A stretch of 64,000 nucleotides of DNA, taken from the NCBI GenBank assembly GCA_013265495.1, contig MU058000.1, forward strand, positions 434,001 through 498,000, read 5' to 3'. The DNA comes from Vicugna vicugna. Lineage: Eukaryota. Made by a program: the position numbers and the translations under genes. The notes under the pieces were generated by a model that had not been told where the DNA came from, made no database searches, and saw nothing but the letters and a program-made list of their open reading frames with translations. Below, one piece after another: positions 51,201 through 63,945 of the stretch. Numbering within the stretch: the stretch's first letter is position 1; every line of letters starts with the position of its first letter.

Positions 51201-53224
51201 AGCTGTAGCTAACTATAAAAAGAGCCAAGAGACAAATGAAATTTCTAAAAATATTAACATTGATTTTATATATGGCATCCAAATCAGGAGAAATGATACA
51301 CTCAATGCATTCAGCACAGGTCAAATCACATTTTAAAAGGGAATTGACAAACTAGAGTAAATTCAGGTGACTGCCATCCAAGAAAGTAGACAGTACCCCA
51401 GGCTATATTTTTAAAAGTTTAAAGAGCTCAAGTAGGGCCCTGAGGGAGAGAAAAATAAAAGATAGAATTGAGCTGTTTTCAATATTTAAGAGCTATCCAG
51501 TGTTGCCCTTGTAGGCAAAACTTAGACCAATAAAAATTGTACTTCCAAATTGGATTGTCATATGTCAAATACAATATAAGGAGGAGTGTTCTGAAGATAA
51601 CAGCTGTTCAACAGTGGAATGGACTCTTCTAGAAGATGGAGAGTGTGTGTCATGATAAGCATTCATTCACAGGCTTAATGCCTGTGGCTTAGACATTTCT
51701 TGTAGTCCTCTCTGTGCCTGGCATGGTGCTAAACGCACAATCCATATTCCCTAAATATTTTTCTCAGATTGATGCCAAGGGAAATAATCACATAAGTGTA
51801 CGCGTACTCTGCGCAGTAAAGTTTAGAATTAGGCAAGTCATCCAAAGGCGTGATCTGCAGTTTCAGTTCACTGCGTACTCTTATCATTAAATTTCTGACC
51901 ATGTACTCCTAAAATACACATTTACTGGTAAATCCCATGCTAAATTACTGAACGAATCAGCACATCTTATGCGTGTTTATAAAACCCTAGTGTGCTATCT
52001 TTCTGCACGACAGTGGCTCAGCATGGCCCCCCACTTTGCAGAGAACCAGCGGACCAGCTAAGGAGCTGAATATACTTCTGTCTCAAATACCTGAATATAT
52101 GGGATGCTTCTTGGTCTGAATTATGTATATAATCAGTCTTAAAATTTTCCATTTCCCTTTTCCCATGTAGATAAAACTAGTTAGGGAGTTGTTTTTTTTT
52201 TAAGGGTAAGTGATTTTCTGGAGTTTCTGTGTATGTTTTTGTAAGTCTAAAAAAATTTTTAATAGTCAGTTTCCTGCTGACCCTGCATGATTTTGATCCA
52301 ATATTTCTATCTTGTGTCCCCAAAACAGGTGCATTCCCTTTTAAATATAATAAGTTTTACAAAATTGCAACTGTGTGGTATTCTGTTGAGATGAGACATT
52401 TAAATGAATGCATCAGCAGGAACTGAATCAATAATTCTTACTCTTTTCTGTTAGACTTTCTGTTAAATCCCAAAGTACCAACTTAAATCCAGCAGCCTTG
52501 TTTGAATATTTAGATGTTCTCTGCTTCACCAATATCTTCTCCCTTTCCTGGGAGATTTGAACAATTTTTGAATAAATTATTATGCAATACGATCCTACAT
52601 ATTGCCATGATTCTTCTTTATTTTTGGAAACATTCTTCTTTGGCCTCATAGGTGACTACAACCTGCTGATTGCAAAATTTTCTGAATCATATTGCTCTGT
52701 TGTAGTAGGCCTTCAGCCAACCAGCAGAGGGAGCACTATGAGACAAGCTGGTTTTATCTAAGAAGTTTACCCAAGGGGCCAGAAAACTCCCACAAAGTCA
52801 GATCTGGTCGTCAGCGGGAAGAAGCATTGTTCTAGTAACTGGGGAAACCTGTGGTTTAAGCAATGGCACCACTAGGAATCCAATCTCTTGCCTATGTTTT
52901 CTTGGGATTCCAATGGCAATAGAGGAGGAAAAGTCTCTTGGGCTAGCTCCTCCTTGGCCACCCCCTCCCCCATGGCTCCTGTTTTCTCAAATCCTAATGA
53001 AATAGACCCTATGGACTGAGGTGTGTGGGGGTGGTGGGGTAGAGGGGAGAAAAGAAAAGTTTCTTCCTGTCCAGCATCTACTCACCAAATGTGTTTCTCC
53101 TGGAGCAAACACAATCCTTAGTAACACTGGTTTTACCAAGTCTCTAACTGCTCTGTTCTCTGGATACCCTGAGACTAGATCAGTAACCTACTGAATCTCA
53201 GTTCCTTCAACTGTAAAGAAGACA

Positions 53225-53261
<37 letters not shown>

Positions 53262-53262
53262 T
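53225..53262. repeat. (ATT)n microsatellite adjoining MIR fragments
   Basis: About 12 ATT units; MIR core CCCATTTTACAGATGAGGAACTGAGGCTTAG follows at about 53345. Confidence 0.9.
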
Positions 53263-55902
53263 TACCATTTATTTAGTGACTTCTGTTTCCTGCATTTAAT
53301 CTCATTTAATCCTTATGCCAGCCTTATGAGTCAGGTTTGATTGTTCCCATTTTACAGATGAGGAACTGAGGCTTAGTGAGGTTCAGGAACTTAGTCAAGG
53401 CTATATAGTTAGAAAACAGTGGCCCTGGGTCTTCAATGAAGCCTCTGTGACTCTGAAGCCCTATGCTCTGCACTTCCCTTGGGAATGGAAGAGTACTACC
53501 AACTCACAGTTACACCTTACAGAGCACTTTAATTAATATTTATTACCCCCACATCAGAATAATTCCATGAGATAAACAGGAAAAATGTTAACATCTGTTC
53601 CTCCCTAACCATCTATACCTCTTTAGCCCGCATTTTTTAAATATTTAAGGACTCTAAAGCTCAGAAAATGCAAAGGACTTTTCTAAGGTCACATTGATAA
53701 TAAACAGAGTTGGGATTAAGCCGGCTTTAGTCTTATGATTGCTACACCACAGTGCTTTGTCACCTAGAGATAAAGAGGTCCAGCTTTGTCTCTTACTAGC
53801 ACTTTAACCCTAAAATGGTCATTTAGACCCTGCAGTTTTTGTATGTGAAAAATAGATGGGAATAACAATAATAGTAATTAATACCTATGTTAACTATGTC
53901 ACAGTTTTATTATGAAGATCAAATGAAATAATATACTTGGGTATTTATGGAACAATTAGGCAACATACAAACAAGATAATTTCATTATTTGGATTATGCT
54001 GGAGTTAAACTATTGTCTGGCTTCTGGCAAAATTGCTAGACAGAGCGGGTTAGTGGTTAACACCACCCATCTCCCACCTCCCAAGGAATATTGACTGAAA
54101 AGGCATTTGAAGTTATATAAATGGTAGGAGATCTTCCATATTTACTTATATCTTTATGATGAGGCTCCCTATCTTGACTGTCCCATGAGGCGGTATTTAC
54201 CTTGGGAAGTTCTCCCCTGCATGGGACGTGGAAGCAGTCTTATTGTACTTCAGAGGGAACTTTTTTAGAGGGAAATATGTGCATATGTCTGTTGTGATGT
54301 GGAAGATATGAGGAGCATCGGCAGGAGCAGGTAATTGTTTCCTTGCCAGATTTATTCATTCAATTTAATATTTTTGAATGCTAACACTATGCTAGGCACT
54401 GGAAATGGAATGCTGAACAGGACAGATAGATACATTGCCCATACTCTCACAGAATGTACATTCCAGATAGCCAACATTGATCAAATAATTACAAGTCTGG
54501 TAGGTGTTATAAAGGAGAAAAACAGACTTCCTCTATGACTTTAGTTGTGAAAATACTACAGTGCCTTGAAGTTATTACTTATAGAGATCAAGCACATACT
54601 AAATAACTCCAAATGATTTCAAACAATGAAAACCCTGAATTTCTTAAATAGTAATTATTCTGAAAAGAAACTAGAATGGCTAATTTGGCTCTCGGTCTCT
54701 CTACAGCCAATATAAAGGAAATAAGAGATATACAACATTATCTTGACCTCACTGACCACCAGATAGCCCAAGAAACAGTGCATGCAATATGGTAGAAGGA
54801 AGGATCAAAGAATGTGTTTTATAAGGATAATGAATTCTGCTGACTTTTCCCCTTCTGGGCTATAATAATTTTGGTCTCTTTTGTAATCATACCCTGTTGG
54901 AAAGCCACATAGCTTGGACTGATTTTTGCCTACTACAGATTTTGGTTTCCAAAAGTACATCTCCATGACTAAGGAAATGGGCAGTCCCAGGTTGGCTGGC
55001 TCCATCAAGAACACTTAAAACTTGATTGCACATTGTATGACCAACTGGGGTCTTAGCATCAACTTGAATTTTCTCATTGGCATCCAATTTTAAGGATATC
55101 ATATTGCTTGGGGAAGAAAGAAGTAATAGTTATTATGATTTTCATGGACCTATGGGTTTTTGTATTGGGAAGAGGGACCTGGAGATCATCTACTTTAATC
55201 TTCTGCCCAATGTAAGAATTTCCTGTACTTGATTCATGATACTTATCCTTTATGGTAAAGAGAACTTACTATCTTGTTTTTCAAGAGTTCTGTTATCCAT
55301 TCCTACACTGGAGAAAGTCGACCATCTTTGGTCTTAGATGTGTCCACTTGAGCCCCATAGATCAAATCAGAAAGAATATTGCTTCCATTTAATGACTTTC
55401 TTCTTCCTAACTATTAAATCTTTTCTAGGCTAAACACTCCAGTTTTTCCCTCCATTTTCTATACCACATAATCCTCCAAACTGCTACCATTTTGGATGGT
55501 AGAGAAGAGTAAAATATTTGCATCTCTTACCTAACATATTTGCTGTTTCTCTCCATTTTACAGTATCAACAGGTTTGATCAGCATACCACCTGTGTCCTC
55601 ATTCACATTGATAATTAAAGGGCACAGAGCTACTTTAATCATAAAGATAGAAGCAGAATTTCTCCATTAATATTGCCAGATGGGGTGGCTTGCCAACCCA
55701 TTTTCTGTGGTTCTAGAAAATGCCCAATAAAATAATATTGACTCTAAAATTAAGCTCTGGGTTTGAAGATGCTGCCATGCTATTGAGTCACAAGGATATA
55801 TATATATTTTTTTTAAACAATTTATTCTTACTTTCTGGGAACAAAGAGGTAAACTGGTTGACCTTTATGCTTTAAATAAATTCTTTGTCCCATAAGGTCT
55901 TT

Positions 55903-55903
<1 letters not shown>

Positions 55904-55933
<30 letters not shown>

Positions 55934-56008
55934 TTTTTTTTTTTTTTTAAAAAAAAAAAAAAATTTTTTTTTTTTTTTAAAAAAAAAAAAAAATTTTTTT
56001 TTTTTTTT
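55904..56008. repeat. Perfect (T15A15)3T15 array
   Basis: Seven alternating homopolymer runs, each exactly 15 nt. Confidence 0.95.
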
Positions 56009-56175
56009 ACATTTTTTATTGATTCATAATCATTTTACAGTGTTGTGTCAAATTCCAGTATTCAGCACAATTTTTCAGTCATTCATGGACATATACACAC
56101 TCATTGTCACATTTTTTTCTCTGTGATTTATCATAACATTTTGTGTATATTTCTCTGTGCTATACAGTGTAATCT
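56009..56175 (-). mobile_element. Short young L1 3' end
   Basis: ACATTTTTTATTGATTCATAATCATTTTACAGTGTTGTGTCAAATTCCAG...CTGTGCTATACAGT is the reverse complement of an artiodactyl-type L1 3' terminus, with the T-tract as its tail. Confidence 0.8.
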
Positions 56176-57644
56176 ATTGTTTTTTTAATTGCTATTATGC
56201 TACTAATTCTAGTAACTTTGGCAGAGAGAATATGAAAAACGGGCAGTCCCCAATTTATAGGGCTATGTTCCAGAAGTCAGTTATATGGAATGTGTTTTAC
56301 ATGTGTATTACATTTCCTGGCTAGCCTTCCAAAGATGGTTTAACCCCAAGATGCCTGACATTGTAACACCATACCAGAAATCAGCAGCAGACCAGAATGC
56401 AGCCTCAGGGTTTTTGCTTCACATGGACCTTAAGCACCACCAGAAATATCCTAGCATCCAACGCTATGTTCAACCATGTTTTTCTGGATTTAAACATCCA
56501 AGTGACTGTTGGAATCATGCTTCCCCTTTCCTTTCCTATTCAGTTAAAGACCCCCTGCCTCAGGCAGCTGAATAAAGAAGCCTGGGTCTCCCTGTGACCT
56601 GAGCCTGGTGGTGGCTGGGAGTGTGATGTGCAGTGATAAATGCCGAAGACCTTCTGGGAAAAAGCACACTATGCAGGGCTACTTCTCAGTCTTCGTTGTC
56701 TACTAAGACCCCTGTTCTTTTCTTCTGTGTCAGCCTGATTTCATAGTCTCTTCATGTTCATTCTCAATCTCTCTTTCTCTCTCTGCCTTCCTGGCAGTCA
56801 CAATGAAGTCTTCAGTTTTGCTCCACTTGTCCCTTAAGCATTCTGTAAGGTTTTAATAGTTTTCTAAAGTTTTTCCCCCAGTGGGTAGAAAAATGAATGA
56901 ATGAATGTTGTTAGAGAAGTAGGAACCATAAAGAATCTGTCTAGTAGTGTCCTTGTCCCTTAACACCCCTCCCCATTCTCTGTCTTACTTACACCTGGAA
57001 GAGAGAGGTAGAATCACCTGTGGGATCACCTTGACCCTACTGGTGGGTCAAGTAAAATACAGGAAAAGCAAGGACAGTCCTCTCGACCTTAAAGGAAAGA
57101 AGATACTGGGCATTTCTGGCATCTGACTTTTGGTAAGAAAGCTGAACCGAGCTTCTTGTAGGAGTTGGGAGTGAGTCGTTGAGATTAGCTTTATTGATCT
57201 TCCTTTTGCCCCCTTTCTCTTGTCACAAACAAGAAGAGGTGTTCCCAACCCTTTCCAAGGCCATATCTCCGCCACCATCACCTTCTCCCCACCCTTTCCT
57301 TTGGAGACATGCTTGGATATTGCTGGAGCACAGTTGCTTATCCACAAGTCCAAGATTAAACATCTCTGAACACTGAAATTTTTAGGTAACTCGTAGAAGC
57401 AAATCTTGGTCCAAACTGAAGTGAGCTCCTCATATATTTACAACAAAAATATCAGTGATCAATGTGACTGTGTTTAAGGTACAGCCCAAGATCCTGCTTG
57501 GGTGTAATAAAAGATATGTATATTACCTTTCTGAATTCTGAAAATTTCTGATTTCCAGTATATATCTATCTGGCTTCAGCTGTTTCTGGGGAAGGGGCTA
57601 TGGCCCTTTCTTTATGCCCTATTTTCCTGCATCTTTGTCTTTCC

Positions 57645-57890
57645 AGTAAAGTGCAGAGGTTAAGAGCATAGACTCTGGTACCGCTGGCTGGATGTAAACC
57701 CTGTCCCTGATCCCAGTTGTGTGTGACCTCCTTAATTGACTTAAGCTCCCTATTCCTCAGTTTCCTCATTTGTAAAATGGAGACAATAACAGTGCCTACC
57801 TCAGTGCTGTGAAAATTAAAATGAGTTAATCTATGTAAAGTGCTTAGAATAAGTCCTGGCACGTAGTAAGCACCTTACATTCACTATTAT
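57645..57890 (+). mobile_element. MIR SINE, near full length
   Basis: GGTTAAGAGCATAGACTCTGG...CCTCAGTTTCCTCATTTGTAAAATGGAGACAATAACAGTGCCTACCTC...GTAAAGTGCTTAGAATAAGTCCTGGCACGTAGTAAGCAC. Confidence 0.9.
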
Positions 57891-58326
57891 CATCATGCTT
57901 TGTCTTTTGCTGCTGCCTACAAATGTGATCTAATTCCCCTGTTATAAAAACCAACCCTTGACTTTGACTCCTCAGAGTTAACCCTCCGTCGGTTTTCTTC
58001 CATTCTCTGACCTAAAGAGAAGACCATATTTTTGCCGTTTTTGCTTATCTTTAATTTGCTAGAATCTGGTTACTCGACTTTGTGATAACTGCTCTCCTGA
58101 GGGTCCTTGATGACTCTTAACTGCCAATTTAAAGTGTTGCAGTTAAGTTTTTATTCTGCTTGGTATTTCTGTAACATATGATATTTCTGTAACAAATAGA
58201 CCCGCCTCCTGCCTCGTCTCCATTCTGCCTCTCCTGAGACTCGCTCATTAAAAATTGACCTTTTCTAGGTTCCATCCTTTGTTCTTTTTTGCACACTTAC
58301 CAGTCGCCTTAGAAAAATCTCATCCA

Positions 58327-59245
58327 GTATTTGTCTTTCTGTGTCTGGCTTATGCCACTTAGCATAATGTCCTCAAGGTTCTGCATGACTACTTATATGG
58401 GGTATATAAAGTAGTCAAATTCATAGACTCAAAGAGTGGTGTGGTGGTTGCCAGGGGCTAGGAGAGGTAGGAAACAAGGAGTTACTAATCAAGGGGCATA
58501 AAGTTTCAGTTAATCACGAGGAATAAGCTCTAGAGGTCTGCACATCATTACAAATATAGTCAACAGTTAATGTATTAGACACTTAAAATTTTAAGAGGGT
58601 AGGTCTCTAACATTCTTACTTCAATGAAATAGAATTAAAATTAAATAAATATAAAATAACACCTAAAACTTAAATCAGGAAAAAATAGCAGCTGTGTAAT
58701 AGACTACTAGACTTGGTAAGTTCTTCTTAAAATTTTCTGTAAGGAAAATCAGTTTTTGACAAAGAATGCCTAATATTCATGTAGTAATAGCCTACTATAG
58801 CTTATACGAAAGATACTTATTTTGTTTTGAATAATATTAAAATAAACAAATCATTGTGTAGTTTAATAACATATTGAGCACACAATAGAGTTAGCCTTTT
58901 AAAAGTCACTTCTGGTACAATCACAGTAAAGCAACCCAATTAGATGCTAATTTCCTGCCACTTTATAACATTTCCTGCCCATTTCACGTTGTTCTTTTAA
59001 TGTTCTTCAGTGAATTATTGCATTTTATAGAAATTTCAAAGTCTCATCATAAAATATACCTCCATTGATTGGCTTATTTTAGTTCCATTTTCTGTTAACC
59101 ATATCACCAGTCACATTTAGAAGACATGAGAAAATGTTATCCTTTATTCATGTGCTAATCATTCCTTTATAGAGTCATAAGAGAGTGTTTAAATACCCTT
59201 CTAAAGGGCTAAAATTCGAATAAACCAAAAAGAGAAAGAAAAAAG
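58327..59245 (+). mobile_element. L1 (L1MA/L1MB-like) 3' end with 5' inversion and about 570-bp 3' transduction, inserted in an L2
   Basis: TSD AAAATCTCATCCA at 58314-58326 and 59246-59258; inverted L1 piece about 58327-58380; forward 3'UTR 58381 to about 58660; unique AT-rich DNA; AATAAA 59219-59224; degenerate A-tail. Confidence 0.8.
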
Positions 59246-61571
59246 AAAATCTCATCCAACCGAATATGTCAGCTTCATCGGGATAATCATGACTGCCACA
59301 CTTTATCACTAACTCTGAACTCTCTCTTCCTGTGCTTTTTCTGTTGCCTCCTAAACATCTCCACTTGGATGACCTATGGGAATCTCAACCTGAGTTCATC
59401 TCTTCCAAGCTCATTAACTTCTCACTCACATCCTTCCCACAACCCCCACTCCCAACCTCAAAAGAATCCCACATTTGTGCTTCATTCTTGTCCTCAGTTT
59501 TGACGACATTGTTCTTCACAGGCTAGCTTTGGCCAGAAATTCCGAATCACCACCTTTCTTTACTTTCATGTTCAACTAGTCACTGACTCCCATCAATTCT
59601 TTTCTAATATCATCACCAGAATCTACCTACTGCTTTAGTTAGAACTACTATCAACTATCATGTACACCAGTGGCTTCACACTTTTGACCATGACCCATGG
59701 TTAAAAAAATATATTTTACCTTGTGCCCCAGGATACAGACATATTGTGTGTGTTTCATGTTCTTTCATTTCCCTAAACTGATGGCCATGATGCCCTAAAT
59801 TGATCCGATGGGTTACAATCCTGCATTTTTTAAAAACACTAACCTAGAGTAACAGCGGTTCAATACCTAACACTCTGTGACACGTTTATCAGAACCTCCA
59901 AGGGCGGTGTTTGCAATTTGAAAAGGAAAATGCCCCCTACCCCTACAGGGGATTCTGATATCTCATATGTTCTACTCAGTTACCAAAACAATAATGAATT
60001 TTATTAAGCATCTATTTTTTGAACTGTATGCACAAAGTACATGGCAGTGGTCAAAATAAACATGATTTACTTATTTGGCTTTTATGCTTACTTTTACTCA
60101 GAGTCCTCACTGGTCCCTTAATACTCGGAGCATTTCACATCTCACGCTTTTGCTCGTATTATTCCCCTGGCTCAGAATGCCTTCCACACTCCCTGTCATC
60201 AGGTGAATGCCTACCTTTAGCAATGTATGTAACAGTCTATTTCTTTATAAAAGACAACCCAATAGTAGAGGCGCTGAGTCCAGTCTATGTACCTCTCCAG
60301 TTGCTCTGTTCCCTGGTGAGCCTGGTCCCAGCAACAGCTCATGCAGTTCCCACCAGCTCACCCCCTGAAGCTCTGGTGCAGCAGCCTGCACCTCATTTTC
60401 CTCTGATTTGTTCTGATTCGGCTATACTGGAAGTCGGGTTCAGGGTTTGTTGAAGAACAAGGAGAAAGGTGAATCTGAACCGTGTGGCCTGTAAGTTGTG
60501 CAACCACATGGCTTTCTGATTAAGAGACTTTCCATCCTGATGAAATCAGGGTCTCCTCCTCACAAATGAGGGAGCTACTGTTATGATCCCCATTTAAAGA
60601 ATAAGGAAACCAGGAAACAGAAACATTAAATAATTGTGCAAGGCACATACTCAACAAGTGGCAGAGCCTATAGTTTGAAAACATCCTTAGAAATGAAAAT
60701 GTACTACTTGTCTCTGCTATTGCATAAGGGGGAAAAATCCCTTAAAGATCTAGTTTATACTTGGTCCATTTATTCCTGTCTACTAAGAATATGGTCTCCA
60801 AACCCATTTTTATGCATTCTCTCAATCAGTGCTTTCAAATATATTTGTATGTGTGCATGTTTTATGGATACATACTGCTGATTAACATACCATGTAACTT
60901 ATAAGACAAACACACAAAAGCAGAAATCAAGAGTACTCATTTTAAAAATTATAAGAAAAATTCTATTTTTTCCTGTACTCCAGAGTATTGCCTTGGACAC
61001 TGCACTTTGGAAACCAGCTATAAAGTATTACGCTTAATAGAAAAATATATTTTCTCCATATACAAAAATAATATTGATCCACAATCAATATTTGTTCACA
61101 GAATTCCTTTTCAAGGTGTGTTGGTCTGAATGTCACATCTCCAAGGGCAAAATCAAAGACAAGCATTTGCAGTTTTGAGATGGCTAACTTAATGATTACT
61201 AAAGTAAATTATAACTACCACAGATTATAATCTGATTTATGTGTCCTTAGAAGTGCCAGCCTATAGGAGGTTTTGAGTTTGGGGTCAGGTAGGAGTTATG
61301 GGAAGAGGGCTGGATGATTAACAGCAGATAAGAGTTCTAAATAATTTGACTGCTGCCTAAAATAGCTTTGGGACTTGGGCAAAACATTTAATAACATGTC
61401 CTTTGATTAAATTGCTTTTGTATGTATTAATTCCACTGATGTCATAATAACCCTGTGAAGTAAGTAGGGCAGATACTGCAACCTTCATTTTACAAATGAG
61501 CAAAGGCAAAAGAGGGCAAATAACCTGCCCACGCAGCATGAGGTATAGCTGGGCTTCACCACAGCGTTTTT

Positions 61572-62095
61572 TAAAAAATTAATAAAATTTATTTTTAAGA
61601 GCAGGTGTAGGTTTACAGCAAAATTGAGCAGAAAGTACAGAGAATTCTCATATACTCCCTGTTCCCACATATGCACAAACTCCTGTACTATAAACAACCT
61701 GCACAAAAGTGGTACATTATTTTTACAACTGATGCACCTACATTCACACATCATCACCCAAAGTCCATAGCTGATACATTAGAGGTCACTCTTTGTGTTG
61801 TACATTCTCTGGGTATTAACAAATGTATAATAACATTCATCCACCATTGTATTATACAGGATAGTTTCACTGCCCTAAAAATCTTGTGCTCTACCAGTTC
61901 ATTCCTCCACACCCCAAACCCTGGCAATTCGTGATCTTTTTAATATCTCCTTAGTTTTGCTTTTTCCAGAATGTCTTATAATTGGAATCATATGGTACAC
62001 AGCTTTTTCATATTTGCTTCTTTTACTTAGTAATATGATTTAAATTTCCTCTATAGTCTTTTTCATGGCTTGAGAGTACATTTCTTTTTAACACT
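61572..62095 (-). mobile_element. L1MC-like 3' end inserted in a MIR
   Basis: GGTTTACAGCAAAATTGAGCAGAAAGTACAGAG...CCCAAAGTCCATAG...AGTTTCACTGCCCTAAAAATC typical of the L1MC1-type 3'UTR in reverse. Confidence 0.8.
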
Positions 62096-63212
62096 GAATA
62101 GAATTAATATTGTTAAAATGGCCATACTACCCAAAGCAATCTACAGATTTAATGCAATCCCTATGAAATTACCTAGGACATTTTCCAAAGAACTAGAACA
62201 AATAATCCTAAAATTTTATGGAATCACAAAAGAGCCAGAATTTCCAAAGCAATACAGAAGAAAAAGAACAAAGCTGGAGGAATAACCCTCCCAGATAATA
62301 CAACAGAGCTACAGTAATCAAAACAGTGTGGTATTGACACAAAACTAGACATATGGATCAATGGAACCAAATAGAGAGCCCAAAAATAAACCCACACACC
62401 TATGGTCAATTAATCTTCAACAAAGGACCGTAAGAATAAACAATGAAGAAAAGACAATCTCTTTAACAAGTGGTGTTGGGAAAGCTGGACAGTCACATAT
62501 AAATTAATGAAGTTAGAACATTCCCTCACACCATACACAAAAATAAACTCAATATGGCTTAAAGACTTGGACACAAAACACTGTAAACCTCCTAGAAGAA
62601 AACAGAGGCAAAGCATTCTCCAACATAAATCTTAGCAATGTTCTCCTAGGCAAGTCTACCCAGGCAATAGGAATAAAAGCAAAAATAACCAAATGAGGCC
62701 TAATTAAACTTATAAGCTTTTGCACAGCAAAGGAAACTGTAAATAAAATGAAAAGACAACCTATGGAATGGGAGAAAATACTTGCAAATGATGTGACTGA
62801 AAAGGGCTTAATTTCCAGAATATACAAACAGCTCATACAACTCAATAACAAAAAAAAATCCCCCCCCAAAAAAAGGGCAGAAGAGCTAAGCAAACATTTA
62901 TCCAATGAAGACATACAAATGGCCAACAGGCACATGAAAAAATGCTCAATAATGCTAACTATTAGAGAAACGCAAGTCAAAACTACTATAAGGTATCACT
63001 TCACACCAGTCAGAATGGCAATCATTAAAAAGTCCATAAACAAGAAATGCTGGAGAGGGTATGGAGCAAAGGGAACCTTGTTGGTGGGAATGTAGTTTGG
63101 TGCAGCCATTATGGAAAACAGTATGGAGATTCTTAAAAAACTAAAAATAGACTTACCATGTGATCCAGCAATCCCACTCCGGGAGGAAGCTGTCATTCGA
63201 AAAGATAGATTC
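62096..63212 (+). mobile_element. L1 ORF2 C-terminal fragment lacking 3' UTR and poly(A)
   Basis: [54 protein letters not shown]...[15 protein letters not shown]; closely similar to the copy starting at 23221. Confidence 0.9.
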
Positions 63213-63279
63213 TCACCACAGCATTTTTGACTCGTGCACTGCCTTGCTTAACCATTTTGGGCTTCACTTCTTAAAAACA

Positions 63280-63945
63280 AAATGTCTATTTGTAGAAGAT
63301 CTTTAGATTTAACAGGAACATTGTGAAGATAGCACACATAGTCTCTATGTACCCCACACTGAATTTCCTCCAGGTTTTGGTTTGCTAGAACTGCCGTAAC
63401 AGAGTACTACCCACTGGGGGGCTTAAACAACAGACGTTTATTTTCTCACAGTCTGGGAGGCTAGAAGTCTGAGAAACCCAAGATCAAAGTGCAAGCAGCA
63501 TTGGTTTCTTCTGTGGCTTCCCTTCTTGGCTTGCAGACGGCCTCCTGCTCACGGTGCCCTCTCATGGTTGTCCCTTGATCTCTGTATTGTCTGTGTCCTT
63601 ACCTCCTTTTCTGATAAGGGCACCAGTTGATCAGAATAGAGCCTAGTCCATTGACCTTATTTTTAACTGAATTACCTCTTTCAAGACCTATCTCCTATAA
63701 CAGTCACATTCTGAGTTACTGGGGGTGAGGACTTCAAAGTATGAATTTTGGGGAGATACAACTCCGTCCACAGCACCATTTTATGAATGCCTTATATTAT
63801 TATGATATATCTGTTACAATCAATAAACTAATATTGATGTATTAATTAAAGTCCATACATTGTTCATATTTCCTTCATTTTTACCTAATGGCCTTTTCCT
63901 GTACCAGGATGCCATCCAGGATACCACATTACATTGTGTCATTGT
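63280..63945 (-). mobile_element. Old L1 (L1MC/MD-like) 3' end interrupted by an MLT1A-like LTR (about 63375-63773)
   Basis: TTTAGATTTAACAGGAACATTGTGAAGATAGCAC... resumes as CATTTTATG...GTTACAATCAATAAACTAATATTGATG after GCTAGAACTGCCGTAACAGAGTACTACCCACTGGGGGGCTTAAACAACAGA... Confidence 0.7.

Noticed and set aside
62748..63095. Active L1 ORF2
   Set aside because: Only a C-terminal fragment with nearby stops and frameshifts; no promoter, ORF1 or endonuclease/RT core.
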